DNA of 64,000 nucleotides from Chrysomallon squamiferum (lineage: Eukaryota > Animalia > Mollusca). How positions within the stretch are numbered: position 1 is the stretch's first letter; each line of letters opens with the position of its first letter. The stretch covers positions 5,766,001 through 5,830,000 of the forward strand of contig CM022679.1 in the NCBI GenBank assembly GCA_012295275.1, given 5' to 3'. Positions 1 through 12,937 of the stretch are shown here, piece after piece. Both the position numbers and the translations under genes were made by a program. The notes below the pieces were generated by a model. The model worked only from the letters and a program-made list of their open reading frames with translations. It was not told the origin of the DNA and made no database searches.

Positions 1-740
1 TTTAGATTTTCATTGCTATTCTTACTTGGGCCTCGGTTGTCTAAATTAATCTGCATTAAATAGAAATTAATTTCTCTTGAGTTATTCGATGCCTGCTTCC
101 TGACAGATTTCAGCTGGTTTGGCAATGTGAGAAAGTGTTTAGTTGGGAAAATGATTAGCTGAAAGTATGTTCTGGGTTTCAAAGCCCACCATTATATTTC
201 CTTGTCTGGCTTTTAATAATAATTCAGGTCGTTGCCAAGAAAATGTCGTAACAATAATAAAGTAGATGTTAATTTTTAGTAGTAATGATAAAACAGTATT
301 TTTATTTTTGAAAGTTAAATAATGGCATAATATAATAAGAAAAGAATTAAAATGAATGATATAATGGCATAATATAATATGTGTGTGTTATGAAATAATG
401 ATAAGGCTTAATGTTAAAAAGTGTTCATTTTTCATTGAATATTAATTTAATTTTACCTGTGTAGACATTTCAGATTCACATCTTCAAACAAGTAGGATGT
501 TTTGGTAACACAAATGTAAAATTAACAGTGTGTTATATGTGCTGTCAGATTTCATACTGGAACAAACATTTGTTTTATGAATCAAGGCATTAGCTATGAC
601 ATTGACAGATGACAATATTAAGTGTAAGTTAATAACCGATGTTAACTAGGTTCCAGATAATGATGAAGAATTGCCAGATCAGGCTAACTATTTTTTATTT
701 TGTTTTTATGTCATCACATTTTAACTCATTATACTATTAG

Positions 741-791
741 CATGAAGTTTCACAGGTTACAGGATCAGTCCTGTTCAGAGCATTTGTTGAG
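741..791 (+). CDS. Weak candidate short exon, MKFHRLQDQSCSEHLL(R/S), ending in phase 2
   Basis: tactattag acceptor at 740, ATG at 742, 16 open codons plus AG, then donor gtaaaa at 792 (weak). No homology recognised. Confidence 0.2.
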
Positions 792-2034
792 GTAAAAACT
801 TTTGAAAACTTCATTTTCAAATAGCTTGGTATTTTCATTCCTGTCTGATAGTCATATATCATAACACAAAAAACAAAATGGATAACATCAGTTAACTGTT
901 AATATAAAAATGTATTGTTGAATTTACCTTTTATTACTCATTCTGTCACACAGTGCATTAAAAATTGGTCCTACTTACTTGTAAATGTCTTCATAAAGAA
1001 ATGTGAATATTTAAGAAAAATAAAATGTTTTTAATAAAAATTTCTGTAATTTAAACAGACCCTCTTGTCAGTTTCTTTGTAAGGTAATACATCAAAGACA
1101 TTTTTTTATTTAAAAAAAAACAAATTCTTTTTTTTAAATATCAAATTTTCTTTGCCACTTAATTAAATTTTTTTTTTTTTTTTTTTTAAATGTCAGTTGT
1201 CAGTATTAAAAAATATTCACCAGATGCAGATTTGTGAAAAGCGACACAGAATCTAACCATTCTGAAAGATCACTACTGTACTGTCACCATCATCCTAGCA
1301 TACATCGTGGTTTACTACTGCACCAATATGGAAATTTAACTCAGAAGCCACAGATTGAGAGATTTTAATTTCCCTCTTATTGAGTCATTGCTGTGAAAAA
1401 TTTAATTGGATAACATGCTCAGTTTGATATTTAATCCTTAGTTTTATTGAGATAACCAATCCTTTGAGATACTTTTTTGGTTCAGATTTCATTTCAGTAT
1501 ATTGCAAGAGATAGCAGTGAGTTTTTCTAAATCGTTGATGGTTGTGAGTTAAAATCTCCATTTAGAGGATACCGTAAAGTTCTCTAATGTGACATCATTT
1601 TGTGTTTGTGTTTGTTTTGCTTAAAGGTTTGAAACAGGTATAGTTAATTCAAAAATATATATATATAAAATAATGTATAAAATAAATAAATAAATAAATA
1701 AAAATCAATCAAAAAATAAATACTAATAAAAATTAATTAAAATAAACAAACAAATAAATAAAAATCAATCAAGAAATAAAAAATAAAAATTAAATAATTT
1801 AAGTGAAAATAATAATAAACAAACAAATAAATAAACAAATAAATAAATAATTAAATACAAAAATAAATGTGAGATATCACATACTGACATTAATGACATC
1901 ATTAGGTCAAGTTTTTATTCCTGGTTTTTAAACCTTCAAAGATAATAATGAGATGTCATGAAAAATTAAACAATCAGTCTAAGTGCAATTGCAAAAAAAA
2001 AAAAAAAAAAAAGAGACTGGAAACAGTAATAATA

Positions 2035-2072
<38 letters not shown>

Positions 2073-2716
2073 TTTTTTTATTATATATTTATGATATGAG
2101 TGAGTCATCATTCTATAATACTGAGATAAAAAAAAAATTAAATTTATTAAAGTTAAATAAAAAAATTTAGTGAGAAATGCTGAAATATAAGATAAATATT
2201 ATTGTTTTGATTTTAACCATTGTTGTGTGTTGGTAAACATTACTTCTCAAGATTGCATGCTTGTTGCTTGTGCATGTGTGGTATGTAGGGTGTGTGTGTA
2301 TGTGTTGGTGTTGGTAGGTGTGTGTGTGTATTTGTGTTTCTCTGTGGTGTGTGTTATATTTTGTAAGCTGTACATATCAAATATTTATAAAAACTGTTCA
2401 TTTTCAATTAAATTTCACTCTTACATCTTCCCACTGTGTGTGCACCCTGTCACCTACATGTTATTTATTTCTTTTTACTTTGGTATTTTTCTTTTATTAC
2501 TTTCTATCTGATTACTTTTTTTGCTTTTTTCACTTTCGTTTTACTTTTTACTTTCTTCTTCTTCTTCTTTCATCTCAATATTAAATAAGAGAAAGAACAA
2601 AAAAATGTTAAAATACATTTCCATTAATCACAGGGTGAAGAAAGGTTCTGTCTCAGTTATTGGAATGTGATAAATGGTCTGTGCTTCTTTCATTCTGACT
2701 GCTGTAATTGATAAAG

Positions 2717-2781
2717 TCTTTAATGGCCACCATTCCTCTTTTGATGAATGAGAAACTCACATCAAGAGGACCTCCTTGGAG
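2717..2781 (+). CDS. Candidate exon (SL)MATIPLLMNEKLTSRGPPW(R/S), ending in phase 2
   Basis: Strong donor GAG|gtaagc at 2782; only one of three frames is open; ATG at 2723; GC content is locally higher. Confidence 0.35.
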
Positions 2782-2787
2782 GTAAGC

Positions 2788-2838
2788 AGATCACAGGTGA
2801 TTGATGACTTACCTGAGATTACAATACACCTGTGATCT
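2788..2838. other. Inverted repeat (hairpin) directly after the 2782 donor
   Basis: AGATCACAGGTG (2788-2799) is the exact reverse complement of CACCTGTGATCT (2827-2838); the stem extends by ATTG/CAAT across one bulge. The loop carries ACTTACCTG (2807-2815). Confidence 0.85.
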
Positions 2839-2867
2839 CTCTTGTATTAACTCTCTGTTATTGTTAC

Positions 2868-3068
2868 AGGTGAATGGTACTGTAGCAGTTTGAGGTGTGA
2901 CTGGTCACAAAATCAGTCCTCAGAGGACTTTTCCTCCTTTGACCAGTACCCATAATTGGTTCATTAAATATTTGTTTTTCCATCTATGAGAGGGTGCATA
3001 TGAAAAAACTCTTTCTGCTAAATGAAAAAAAAAAAATAGTCTATTGAATAATGGCAGTGGTTTCCTTT
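2868..3068 (+). mobile_element. Degraded SINE copy (tRNA-derived head plus Meta/MESC-like core)
   Basis: Core ...catctatgagagggtgcatatgaaaaaactctttctgctaaatgaaaa...atggcagtggtttcct aligns by eye with copies at 24.5 kb and 34.9 kb and resembles my recollection of the molluscan Meta/MESC core (CTGTCTGTGGGATGGTGCATATAAAAGATCCCTTGCTGCTAAT). Confidence 0.6.
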
Positions 3069-4554
3069 ATCATACCTGTGTAGTAATTTGAAATAATTAA
3101 GTAGTAGGCCTATATATGATACAAACAATGGTGTAATACAATCTTCAATGTTATTTTTATTTTACTGTTTTAGTAACCTTTCATTGTTAATAACAAAGTA
3201 TAACAGTAAAATAATACTATCTAAATGTCACCATTTTGTCTCTTTACTATTAGAATTGTGACATGAATACATACATGTTGACAAATATTTTTCTAACACT
3301 TTACTATTTACAGATGACATCACTGCTCCTGAAACATGGCAGTGCTCACATATTTTAAACTGTACAGTTTTGTTGTTATATTTTCTTATTAATTAATATT
3401 GGACTTCAGAAAACAAATAAAACATAACATGGAAGATTGCAGAATATATTTAGACCATTTTTTCATATCTCCACAGGTGCATTTTAAATATGACTTTATG
3501 TAGAGTAAAAAAAAATAAACATTTAATGCTTCTCCAAAAATATCATTATCTTGAAAATGTACTAAATATAACTGAGTTGTAAACTTTTATAATATAGTCA
3601 CTTGGAAATATATAGAATATATTTACATCACTGTATGTACATTATACCTTTCTGTTTGTTTCTAAGAAGAGTAATTTTTATTTATAATTAGCTCAATTTG
3701 TTTAAAATTTTCTCTTGTCTTTGAATTTTTGGAAGCTGTAGAATTTTGAACTGGGATTGTCATGTTCCTTTCATGTAGAAAGTAAAGATGTGACTTCACT
3801 GATAAAAGCTTAAAGGGAAAACAAAGAAAAAAGAAGAAGAAGAAGAAATATTAAAACTGAAAGAAGAAGGAAATCCTCACCAGGTGTTGGTATGTTTCTA
3901 GATAAGCCAGAGTTAACGATGTTACAGGTGTTGTGTTTATTAACGTGATTAAGACAATCCTGCTAGTGAAGAAAACATGATAGTATACCTGCCACTAATT
4001 GTACACATCTTTGTTTTATTAGTCACAGATTTTAAAATGATGCAGAGCTTAGTTCATTATTTATTTTTATCACTTTGATGTGTTTTTTTTTATATGATGA
4101 GCTTTTTCCTTTTTCTGTTTTCTTCAGGCTAGTATACATGAAAGCAAAGCGTTAAGATATCTTGAGTGTTGTGGTTGTGTTTGTAAATTATTTTTGTAAT
4201 TCATTTTCTTGTTTTGTTTTGTTTCAATTGTTTTGTGTTTTGGGGGAGTTTTTTCATTTTCTTTCATCAGACATTTAAATTTTTTTTGGTCAGATTCTTT
4301 CTTTTCTTTTTCTTTTATAATTTCATATATTTCCGTGTTTATGCTCTTTTTTCTATCTCTCTGTTATTTTTTTTTTCTCACTCTATCACTCAGTTTCCAT
4401 ATGTCCTACATATCAATCTGAATGCTATTTTATTTCACTATGATTGTTTAAGCAAAATTGTCAGTGCAAAATTATTTGAAACTGTTAGTATTTTTAGGTT
4501 TTTATTGATAAGTGGTTTTCTGAAAATACAAGCTGCTATCATGTCAATACATAA

Positions 4555-4910
4555 AGATATTTTCTGTATATAATGATTTTTGGGTGTATATATAAAAACA
4601 TTTTCAATCTATAAAGTGTTTTCTAGTTTATAGAATTTGTTCATTAGATAAAGGTTTTTCTATTTATAAAAAAAAATTCTGTACATGTTGTTTTTTTACA
4701 GTATATGATATTTTTCAGGACAAAACAATTTTTTTTTTCTTCAGTATATATCATTTTAAGTACATGCATTTTTTTTCACTATATAAATTTTTCAATTCTC
4801 AAATATTTACAAAAGGTTTTTTTTTCAGTACAGAATTATTTTCAATACATAGTTTTTTTCAGTACATGACATTTTTTAAGTACACAGAGTTTTTTTTTTT
4901 TTTCAGTATG
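4555..4910. repeat. Degenerate short-period (about 20-25 bp) T-rich tandem repeat, ttttt(t)cagta(t/c)a
   Basis: Recurrent ttttctgtata / ttttcagtata / ttttcagtaca / ttttaagtaca units. Confidence 0.6.
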
Positions 4911-5899
4911 TCTAATAAAGTGCAGAAAGCTATAAACTGGTAACTGGTAAGTTCTAATTTATTTTTCACATAAAACTTTCTGACTCATCTTTTAGGAAAT
5001 GGAAAATGCTGTGTAGGTGCAGGTACAAAAAATCACAGTTCCGTCTTATCAGAATATCAAAGCACATTAAAAAGTTTTTAGCTTTATAAATAGAAACTTG
5101 TCCCTGCAGTTTTAATTTCCTTTTTACTTCAGTAAAAGTTTACTGATTTTTAATTTCTGCTGGTTTACAATGTAAATATGAAACAAAGGTTAAAATCATA
5201 TCTAGAATTTAGAATTATAAATAGGTATATTGATTAACAGCTTTGGAGGTGTTTTTTTTTTTTTTTTTTTGTTATTGTTTTTTAAGAAATAAAGGCAGAG
5301 ATTGTATTTTGTTCAATCATTCATCTTTTGAAGTCCATTTTAAGAATTATAAACCAATATTAATTTTCTTTTTTTTTTCTTTTTTTTTTAAGAAATAAAA
5401 GCAGTGTCACATTTTGTTTAGAATTTTATCTTTTTGTCAAGCTTTTCAAGAATAATAAATGTGTGTATTGATTACTGTGTTGTTGAGGATTTTGTTTTGT
5501 TTTATTATTTTTTAATTACTTTTATTTATTTTTTTATTATTATTTTTATTTATTTTATTATTTTTTTTTTTTAGAATGTTAGTTTCTTGTTAAGTGTTTT
5601 AAGAACTAATACAGGTATTAATTAATAGTTGTTGTTTTGGGGGATTTTGGGATTGTGTCTTTTTTTAAAGAAATAAAGAATGAGATCATATTAGACTGGT
5701 ATTTTTGAAAATGGTATATTTTAATAAATTAGAACTGCATAATCTATCAGTGTACACATTCACGTTACTGTCACACTAACACATTTCACATTGAGTTAAT
5801 ATTAATCAGGTGGTTCATAAACGTTACTAAGGAACTGTGGCAATTCCTTCTTTATCATTATAGATCTATTCCCACAAATGAAAGTTCTTAGACATTTTC

Positions 5900-6850
5900 T
5901 CTGACACCTGTAATTCTTATAAGAATATATTTACTAAACAAATTCACATTTTGTCAGACTGTTAATACAAAGCAGATGGTGGACAAAAATAACAAAACAA
6001 TTCTTGTAATTCATTTTTTTGAATTTATGTTTGTTTCTATAAATAAAAGTTTTAAGCTTGGATACACCAAATCTACCAGTACACTAAAATAATTCACATT
6101 TTGTTACAATGTGAATGAATACATGACAGACAGTTCAGGAAGTTAGACAGCAACTTTGGATATTATTTTCGCCATTGTTTTCCCTAGTGTACTAAATGAA
6201 TTAAAATTTCTTTCAGAATTTTCTGTGTCATGTAGCACAAAAAAGCTATAGAGTAACTTGAGCAATTTAATTTTTATTTTCTTTAAATTAATATTGTTAA
6301 ATTTTTTCTCTTGACAATTGTTTTTTCCAATACACTAAATATAAACTTTTCTCAGAACATGCTATGTCATGTAGCTCATGTAGTCCCTCCAGAAAAAATA
6401 TTTAAAGAGGAATTCTTGTAAATCCTTTTTTTTTTTTTTTTTTTTGTGTAAATTGAAACTTTTCCTGTGTTAACAGTATTTTTACTTTTACACTAAAATT
6501 AATTCAAATTTCGTCAGAATGTGCTAATTTGTCATGTGTAGCTCCCAAAAAGTTACAAATGAACTCAGGTCAGTCCTTTTTTATTTATTTGTGTAAGTAA
6601 AAGTCTTGACCATAATTCTTCCAGTAGGCTAAATTCAAATTTTGTAAATAATTGGGTAATATGTTATGTAGCCCCCTAAAAAACTGGTTAATGAACACTT
6701 TTAAATCCTTTTTTGTAATTTATTTCTATTAAAAAAAAGTTCTTAAACTTTTGCTGTAGACACATATGTTCACTGTAATTCTTCCAGTACACTAACAGAG
6801 TACATGCTCTGGGAATGTTTACACATGTGAGTCAGTCTGAAAGTTAAAAA
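5900..6850. repeat. Old diverged tandem array, about 7 units of roughly 110-165 bp
   Basis: The anchor (a/g)cactaaa..aattca(c/a)attt(t)gtcaga recurs near 5930, 6080, 6190, 6332, 6490, 6627 and 6788, often followed by tgtcatgtagc. Confidence 0.7.
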
Positions 6851-7028
6851 TAGAAATCTGGCTACTTTGTTGCTATTTTTGTGCTGGTCTGGGGGCATGG
6901 TGTGGCTTTCAGATCAAACATCCAGGTGTGAAAACAGATAGATTGTCTTACAGTTCTAACCTGGTTCTAAGGTCATGGCGTTTGTATCATCAGATGTAAC
7001 TCACTTTTCCTGTCTCTTTTCTTGAAAG

Positions 7029-7061
7029 CAACTGATGCTTTTGGCTTTGGAAACATCTTGT
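7029..7061 (+). CDS. 33-nt micro-exon of plus-strand gene A (phase 0: QLMLLALETSC; phase 1 alternative: xTDAFGFGNIL)
   Basis: Branch-like ctcac, pyrimidine tract ttttcctgtctcttttcttg and aag acceptor; perfect gtaagt donor at 7062; length divisible by 3. Only phase 0 joins the next exon without creating a stop. Confidence 0.55.
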
Positions 7062-8037
7062 GTAAGTATTATGATATTGTCATTTTGTATATTTAAAGAT
7101 TTTCTATACATTTTTTTTTTTTTTTTTTTTTTCTCATGTTGGATGGGGGGGTTTTCAAGAATGAATTTCAAAACAGTATATTTGGTTTAAGTTTTTGTGT
7201 TTTTGTTTTTTGTTTTGTTGGTGTCCTGATTGTATTGTGTATTCTGTTTAAAACTCATCTAAGAACATTTGGTTCTTCAGTCATGTGTTGGGTGTTATTG
7301 TTTCTTCCAATTGTGTTTGGCTTGATTCTTTTTGGAACATGTTTTGTCCTTTTGTTTTCTGCTGAATGTTCTGAAAAATTAAATTCAGATACTGAGGTCT
7401 TCAGGTTATGTTATATTTTTGGTTCTTTTTGTGATAGTATACTTGAAATCTTTGGCTGTTCAGTCATTTTCATTAAGTTACTTTATTTTGTTATTTGTAT
7501 TATTAAAAAAATTTCAAATAATATTTTTGCATTGTGTTGGATATTTTTTAATAATTAAGTTTGAAACAATATTTTCAACTACTGATTTTTTTATTATTAC
7601 TATTTTTTTTTTTTTCAAATATAGAAGTTTTATATTATATTCTTAGAAAAGTCAAAAAAGAATATTGTTTTTCCTTTTGGTTTTCTTGGATTCTACTCTG
7701 CCTTTTATCTTTGGAAGTTTTTATTCCTTGTTTTTGATACAAAACATGGAAGTTTTGGCAGTTGTATCTTTTTTATAACACTTGACATATTGTTGTGTTA
7801 TATTTTTGGACAGGAATGACATGCCTTTTTTCTCTTTAATATATCAGAATATGCACCACAGGGGACTATGTCAGTATGGATTTAAGTCTTGTTTCTTTAT
7901 TCTATATGATGAATTGCCTCTGAGGAATATATTTTGTATTGTACATCTTTTTAACTTTCATTGTATCTGATTGTTTGTCCAAGAGAGAATTGTTTTGTGT
8001 ATAAATCTCATTCAGTTTTTTTTTATTTCATCTCTTT

Positions 8038-8071
<34 letters not shown>

Positions 8072-8144
8072 TTATTTATTTATTTATTTATTTATTGTTT
8101 TTTTTTTTTTTTTTTTTTTTTGTTTTTGATTGATTGTATTATAG

Positions 8145-8191
8145 AGGAACTCCAATCCCTTCATTGCTAGAGCTAACATTGTTGATGAACA
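8145..8191 (+). CDS. 47-nt exon of gene A, RNSNPFIARANIVDE(H), phase 0 to 2
   Basis: Long poly-T tract then tattatag acceptor; donor CA|gtaaga at 8192; open frame containing an NPF tripeptide. Confidence 0.5.
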
Positions 8192-9630
8192 GTAAGAAAC
8201 ATTTAATATCTATCTTCCCATGTCTTACTAAATTCTTATTTCAGAATCTAAGCTTGTTGCATTAGAAGAATCAGAATAAGTAAATGATCATTTAATGACA
8301 GTACAACATGTTCTGTATGACTGATTATCAAATATAAACAAAAAAAAAATCAAAATTTAATGATCTTTTTATATTGATGATATAAAAAAGAACCCAACTA
8401 CTCCCAAATTGTTGTCTTCCACAACTGATGAGCAGTATGAAATATTTTATAAACACCTACCCATAGATCGGAGACTACATATCTTAATCTTTCACAAATC
8501 ACTGACAAAGCCCACAGTGTGCAGTGAACACAGATCTTTTCTTCTCTGACTCATCCTGTCTTAGACCACTTTTCTAATCCATGAGTTTCAGCCTGTCTAA
8601 TTAATTTTCAGGTTTAATAGAAATAGGTGAATCGGTTCAGCGTAAAAGCATCCCTCACACATTTTACACCTGTTTAAGTCAATCCCTGAGTTAAAGTTTG
8701 CACTCTGTCATTAGTAGGAGTGGGATCTGACTGGTGTTAGAATGTGTGGTTCTCTCCTAGGATCAGTTCTCCCTTGGTTCTTTCATGACATTATTTACCA
8801 TTCCAGTGGCCATGGTATGTGTTCTCCTGTATATTACAAGCTGTATGTAAGAGAAAAGTTTAACTAGTAAGTCTGGACCATTGAGTAATGGCAGAAGTTT
8901 CTCTGTTATATATTTAACATTAATATTAAAATTATTAATGTTATATATATATGGAGAAAGTGTGAGATGGATTTTTATAATAATAATAAAACAATATAAA
9001 AAAATAATAATAATAATAGTTCTCATTAATAAGACAGGGTAAGTCTCTATGACTCACTATTGAATTTGCACTTGATACTGCCAAAATTTAAATAATAGTT
9101 TTTAACCATTTCTAAATTATAATCTACAATTTAATGTTACACAAAAGAAACTTAACTGAAGTAAAGGTTTGTCTCAAATAGATACAAAAAGATTGTGTTT
9201 TATATTGTGTTGTCTTATTAGTTGGAAATTGGCCAAAGGGAATTCAGTCCACCATACCACAAGCTTTGATGCCCTTTATACATAACCACAACCACAACAC
9301 AACACAACACAACACAACAAAAATGCAATATATTCCACAAAAGAAAGGATAATCATCTACAAGAAAAACAAACACAAGACTCTCATGTTCTTTATTGACA
9401 TGTCAGCAATCCATACCAGTGGTTCGATAATGATGAAATCAAAATCCAGTTTTAACTGGTGTTTAATGTGGCACTGTGGGAAAGACGAAGATGAAAACAG
9501 TTTATCATCTTACAGACAAACCACAGTTTTATGTGAGCACGTCAACAAGGGTCAGGTGATCTGCCAAAACAAACAACTTGTACACCACTGGGTAGCAGAA
9601 AGTTAGATAATCAGTTATAAAGGCCAGATA

Positions 9631-9755
<125 letters not shown>

Positions 9756-10612
9756 GACAGACATGGAAATGAGAATGATGTAAGAAGGATAGATAAAAGG
9801 AAGAGACAGAAAAATAAAAAATACAGAGAAAAACAATAAAAAGAGACAGGGAAAGACAAGAAAGACAGATGGATTAAATTAATTGAGAGAATGAAATAGA
9901 AAAAGATGGAAAGAATGTGTTGACCAAAATTCATCTGTATAGCCAATTACAGAGGACATATTTGTATCTTAGAGTTTTGTAACTTGTTTACTAATTCATT
10001 TGTTATTTAACCAGGTATTACAACAAGCAGTGAACAGCAACCTTGAAAAGCTGGCCTGGAACTGTCTGTTAATGACAAATGTCGTAACTGAATAATCTTA
10101 GATTGTTTTCTTTCTGAGATTTCCAATCTCTTTTCTAGATAGGACTGAGTGGCTGTGGGCTGTTGTTACTGGTGAAAGGATTTATTATCATCATTATTAT
10201 TATTATTGCTCTTATTTTATTATTATTATGATGGGGGAAAAAACCCACACGAATTAAATTTTCGTTTTATTTTTGGCATCGTGAATGACAAATATACAAA
10301 AATCCTTGACAGATCAAGTAAACCTCTATTCAGGAGTGACTTACTCAGCCTGTTAAGTATATTTCTCAAACTTTTTTTTTTTACTTCTGGCATTTAAATG
10401 ACATCAAAAAAAGTATTTTTTCTTTAATAAGGAAAGGTTTCAAGGATAATGCTAAATAAACATTTAATTTAATCTTTTTAAGAATCTTTTAAATTTTTAA
10501 TAATGTCTTTCTCTTTTTAAATTTTTTTCAATCAAACAAATGAATTTTGTTTTATTTTCAAGTAAATTTCAAAAATAATTTGCAGTCATTTTGAATTTAT
10601 TTATTTAGTATT

Positions 10613-10647
<35 letters not shown>

Positions 10648-11047
10648 CTTACTTACTTACTTATTTTAAATATTTATTTTATTTTCAGTATTTATTTGAA
10701 AAATCATTCTTGCTGTTTTTGAATTTATCTTATTTTAATTTATTTTGTTTTATTTTAAATATCAAACCAAATTCATGGACATTATTTTAATTTTATTTTA
10801 TTTAACTGTTTTTCTGTTGTTTGTTTTTTTTATTATTATCATTCTTTAGAACTGTCATTTCAGTTTTTTTAACTTGCCTTCATCAAGTACATATTAAGTA
10901 TTTTTACACAACATGTTTAGTTGTACACAGAATCCAACATAAATATTAATAGCTTTTAAATAATACACGTTCCATTATTTATTAAAAATTAAAAAGGAAA
11001 TTAGAATATATTAAAATTAATAATGTGTTGTACAAGTTAGCATTCTG

Positions 11048-11094
<47 letters not shown>

Positions 11095-11095
<1 letters not shown>

Positions 11096-11445
11096 TGAAA
11101 ACTTGTCTATTAATTTCACTTCAGACTACAATGAAAGTTTGATGAGTTGCTGTTTTTTGGTCGCTTTGCCATTATGATGAATTCAGTAAGTGAATACAAA
11201 ATGTGCATCTTACCTGTTTATGCAGACTTCTGCTTTTGGCACTAAATCTAAATGAGTGAATTCACTTGAGTTTCAATATACTAATCATAATCTTGTTCTT
11301 CTAGCTGCATAAAGTAATTACAAGAAGCATGGTATCATTTTTTAAAGAAGCTCAATCATTTCATCTCACAGTAGTCTGTGCAAAAATTGCAAATTGTGAT
11401 CATTGTTTAAGAAGATATTATACTTGCAAAATTGTGTGCCAGTGC
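11095..11445 (+). mobile_element. Dispersed repeat of about 350 bp, copy 1 (unclassified)
   Basis: Colinear with 42794-43130, sharing blocks such as tttatgcagac(t/a)tctgctttt, tctaaatgagtgaattcacttgagt, tactaatcataatcttgttc(t/g)tctagctgcata and atacttgcaaaattgtgtgc. Confidence 0.85.
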
Positions 11446-11521
11446 TAATTACTATATAAATTGTTCTTTTGTTCTGATTAGACAAGGTTTTGTTCATAGT
11501 AGATCAACAATACCTGGACAG

Positions 11522-11523
<2 letters not shown>

Positions 11524-11571
<48 letters not shown>

Positions 11572-11581
11572 CACGCAAATG

Positions 11582-11638
<57 letters not shown>
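11524..11638. repeat. Compound microsatellite (CT)n(CA)n
   Basis: Directly visible. Confidence 0.97.
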
Positions 11639-11640
<2 letters not shown>

Positions 11641-12190
11641 CTTGTTGTAAATGAAAAATTTATAAATTTCATACCTCAAAATAAGTTCAAGTGATCTTGG
11701 AGACTGTAGACAAATGGGAAATCCAAAAATCTCAAAATAGTTAAAAATCTTTTTTAAAACTACGTAGCATTGATGTTTTTCTATGTCTTAATATGCTTTT
11801 TGTTGAAATGGGTCAGGTTTGAAATTGACTGATTTGCCTCTCTTTGTGCTCTTCTTTGTATGTACATATGTATGTAATTTATATTTGTCTGTCTGTATGC
11901 ATATATGTATGGATGTATGTATGTATGCATGGAAGGATAGATGGATGGTTGGATGGATGTGTTATGCTTTTTGGGTCCCTCTGTCTGATTACCAGTCTGT
12001 TTCAGTCAGTCTGTCTACATTTCAAAAATTACTTTCAAACACTTTTATCTGTATTCCAATGGCACTTCACGACTGCCTTGTTTGTACAAACCACTGTGTG
12101 ATTATCTGTCGATTGGCTGAAAATATACACTGGCATGATTTGCTGTATTGGATGACAGTTCCAACATTTATACAGCTCTTTGTTTCCCAG

Positions 12191-12349
12191 TGCTTTAGCA
12201 AGGCGGAGAACTCAATCAATTTCTTCTATTGATCAACACATCAGTCCGATAATGATGCACCTGTCGATGGTGATGTACAGCAGAACTCACGAGAACAGCG
12301 TAGACGGAACTCATCACTGTGAGTTGTCTGTGTCACACTGTCCACAACG
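12191..12349 (+). CDS. 159-nt exon of gene A, long form: ALARRRTQSISSIDQHISPIMMHLSMVMYSRTHENSVDGTHHCELSVSHCPQ(R), phase 2 to 2
   Basis: ctctttgtttcccag acceptor at 12190 (alternative in-frame acceptor at 12175); no stops; donor CG|gtgagt at 12350; retains CpG; phases match exons 8145-8191 and 12938-13010. Confidence 0.45.
12245..12318 (+). CDS. Nested 74-nt alternative exon in a different frame: SDNDAPVDGDVQQNSREQRRRNSS(L), phase 0 to 2
   Basis: catcag acceptor at 12244; donor CT|gtgagt at 12319; hydrophilic, disordered-looking peptide ending in an RRNS basophilic kinase motif; phases match exons 7029-7061 and 12938-13010. Confidence 0.45.
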
Positions 12350-12775
12350 GTGAGTCCGTCATCTGTGATACTGTGAGTCAGTAGTGACACTGAGTTGTCT
12401 GTGATGTGGATCTCGGTGATAATACAGTTTTGTGATGCTGTGATTCATCATTGACACTGAGGTATTTGTGACAGTGTCACTCAGTGTGACACTTGTGAGT
12501 AATTTGTAACAGCGTGAGTTATCACAGACACTGAGATATGTGTGACAGTGTCATAAGTATGACATTAAGTGTGACATTGTGAGTATTGAGTAATAGTTAT
12601 TCATCTGTGACACTGTCACTAAGTGTGAGTAATATATCATTCTGTCATTTGTCTTTGACACTGCAATGAAATGTCTGTGACTAGGGTCACTTAGTAACAT
12701 ACTATAAATCATTTCTAACACTATGATGATCTGTGACACTGTCACTTAATGTGACATTGTGAGTAATTTGTCACT
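12315..12775. repeat. Degenerate tandem repeat built from gtgacac(t)gtgagt / tgtgaca(c/g)tgtcac motifs
   Basis: Many recurrences of tgtgaca, gtgagt and the near-palindrome gtgacagtgtcac / gtgacactgtcac. Confidence 0.75.
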
Positions 12776-12937
12776 CTCTATGCTACATATCATTTTCTCA
12801 GTCATCTATATCTCTAGACCTTCTTTCGACATTAACTAATGGCAACATTAAAGTTTCTGTGACATGAATTATTTTTCTAGAATTTACTTCAGTCTTGGCT
12901 GAGTGATTTAGAGTTTCTGCAGATTTTTACTCACCAG

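Noticed and set aside
650-682. Micro-exon VPDNDEELPDQ
   Set aside because: The peptide looks plausible, but the following gctaac is neither a GT donor nor a typical GC donor.
2789-2810. miR-2-family microRNA (shares ATCACAG and TTGATGA)
   Set aside because: The similarity lies on the 5' arm whereas miR-2 matures from the 3' arm, the middle bases differ, and the stem is too short for a canonical pre-miRNA.
4907-4946. Coding exon using the strong gtaagt donor at 4947
   Set aside because: All three frames contain stops before that donor, and the acceptor is one unit of a ttttcagta repeat.
9385-9606. 73-aa non-repetitive ORF
   Set aside because: No recognisable motif and no convincing splice sites; the length is within chance expectation.
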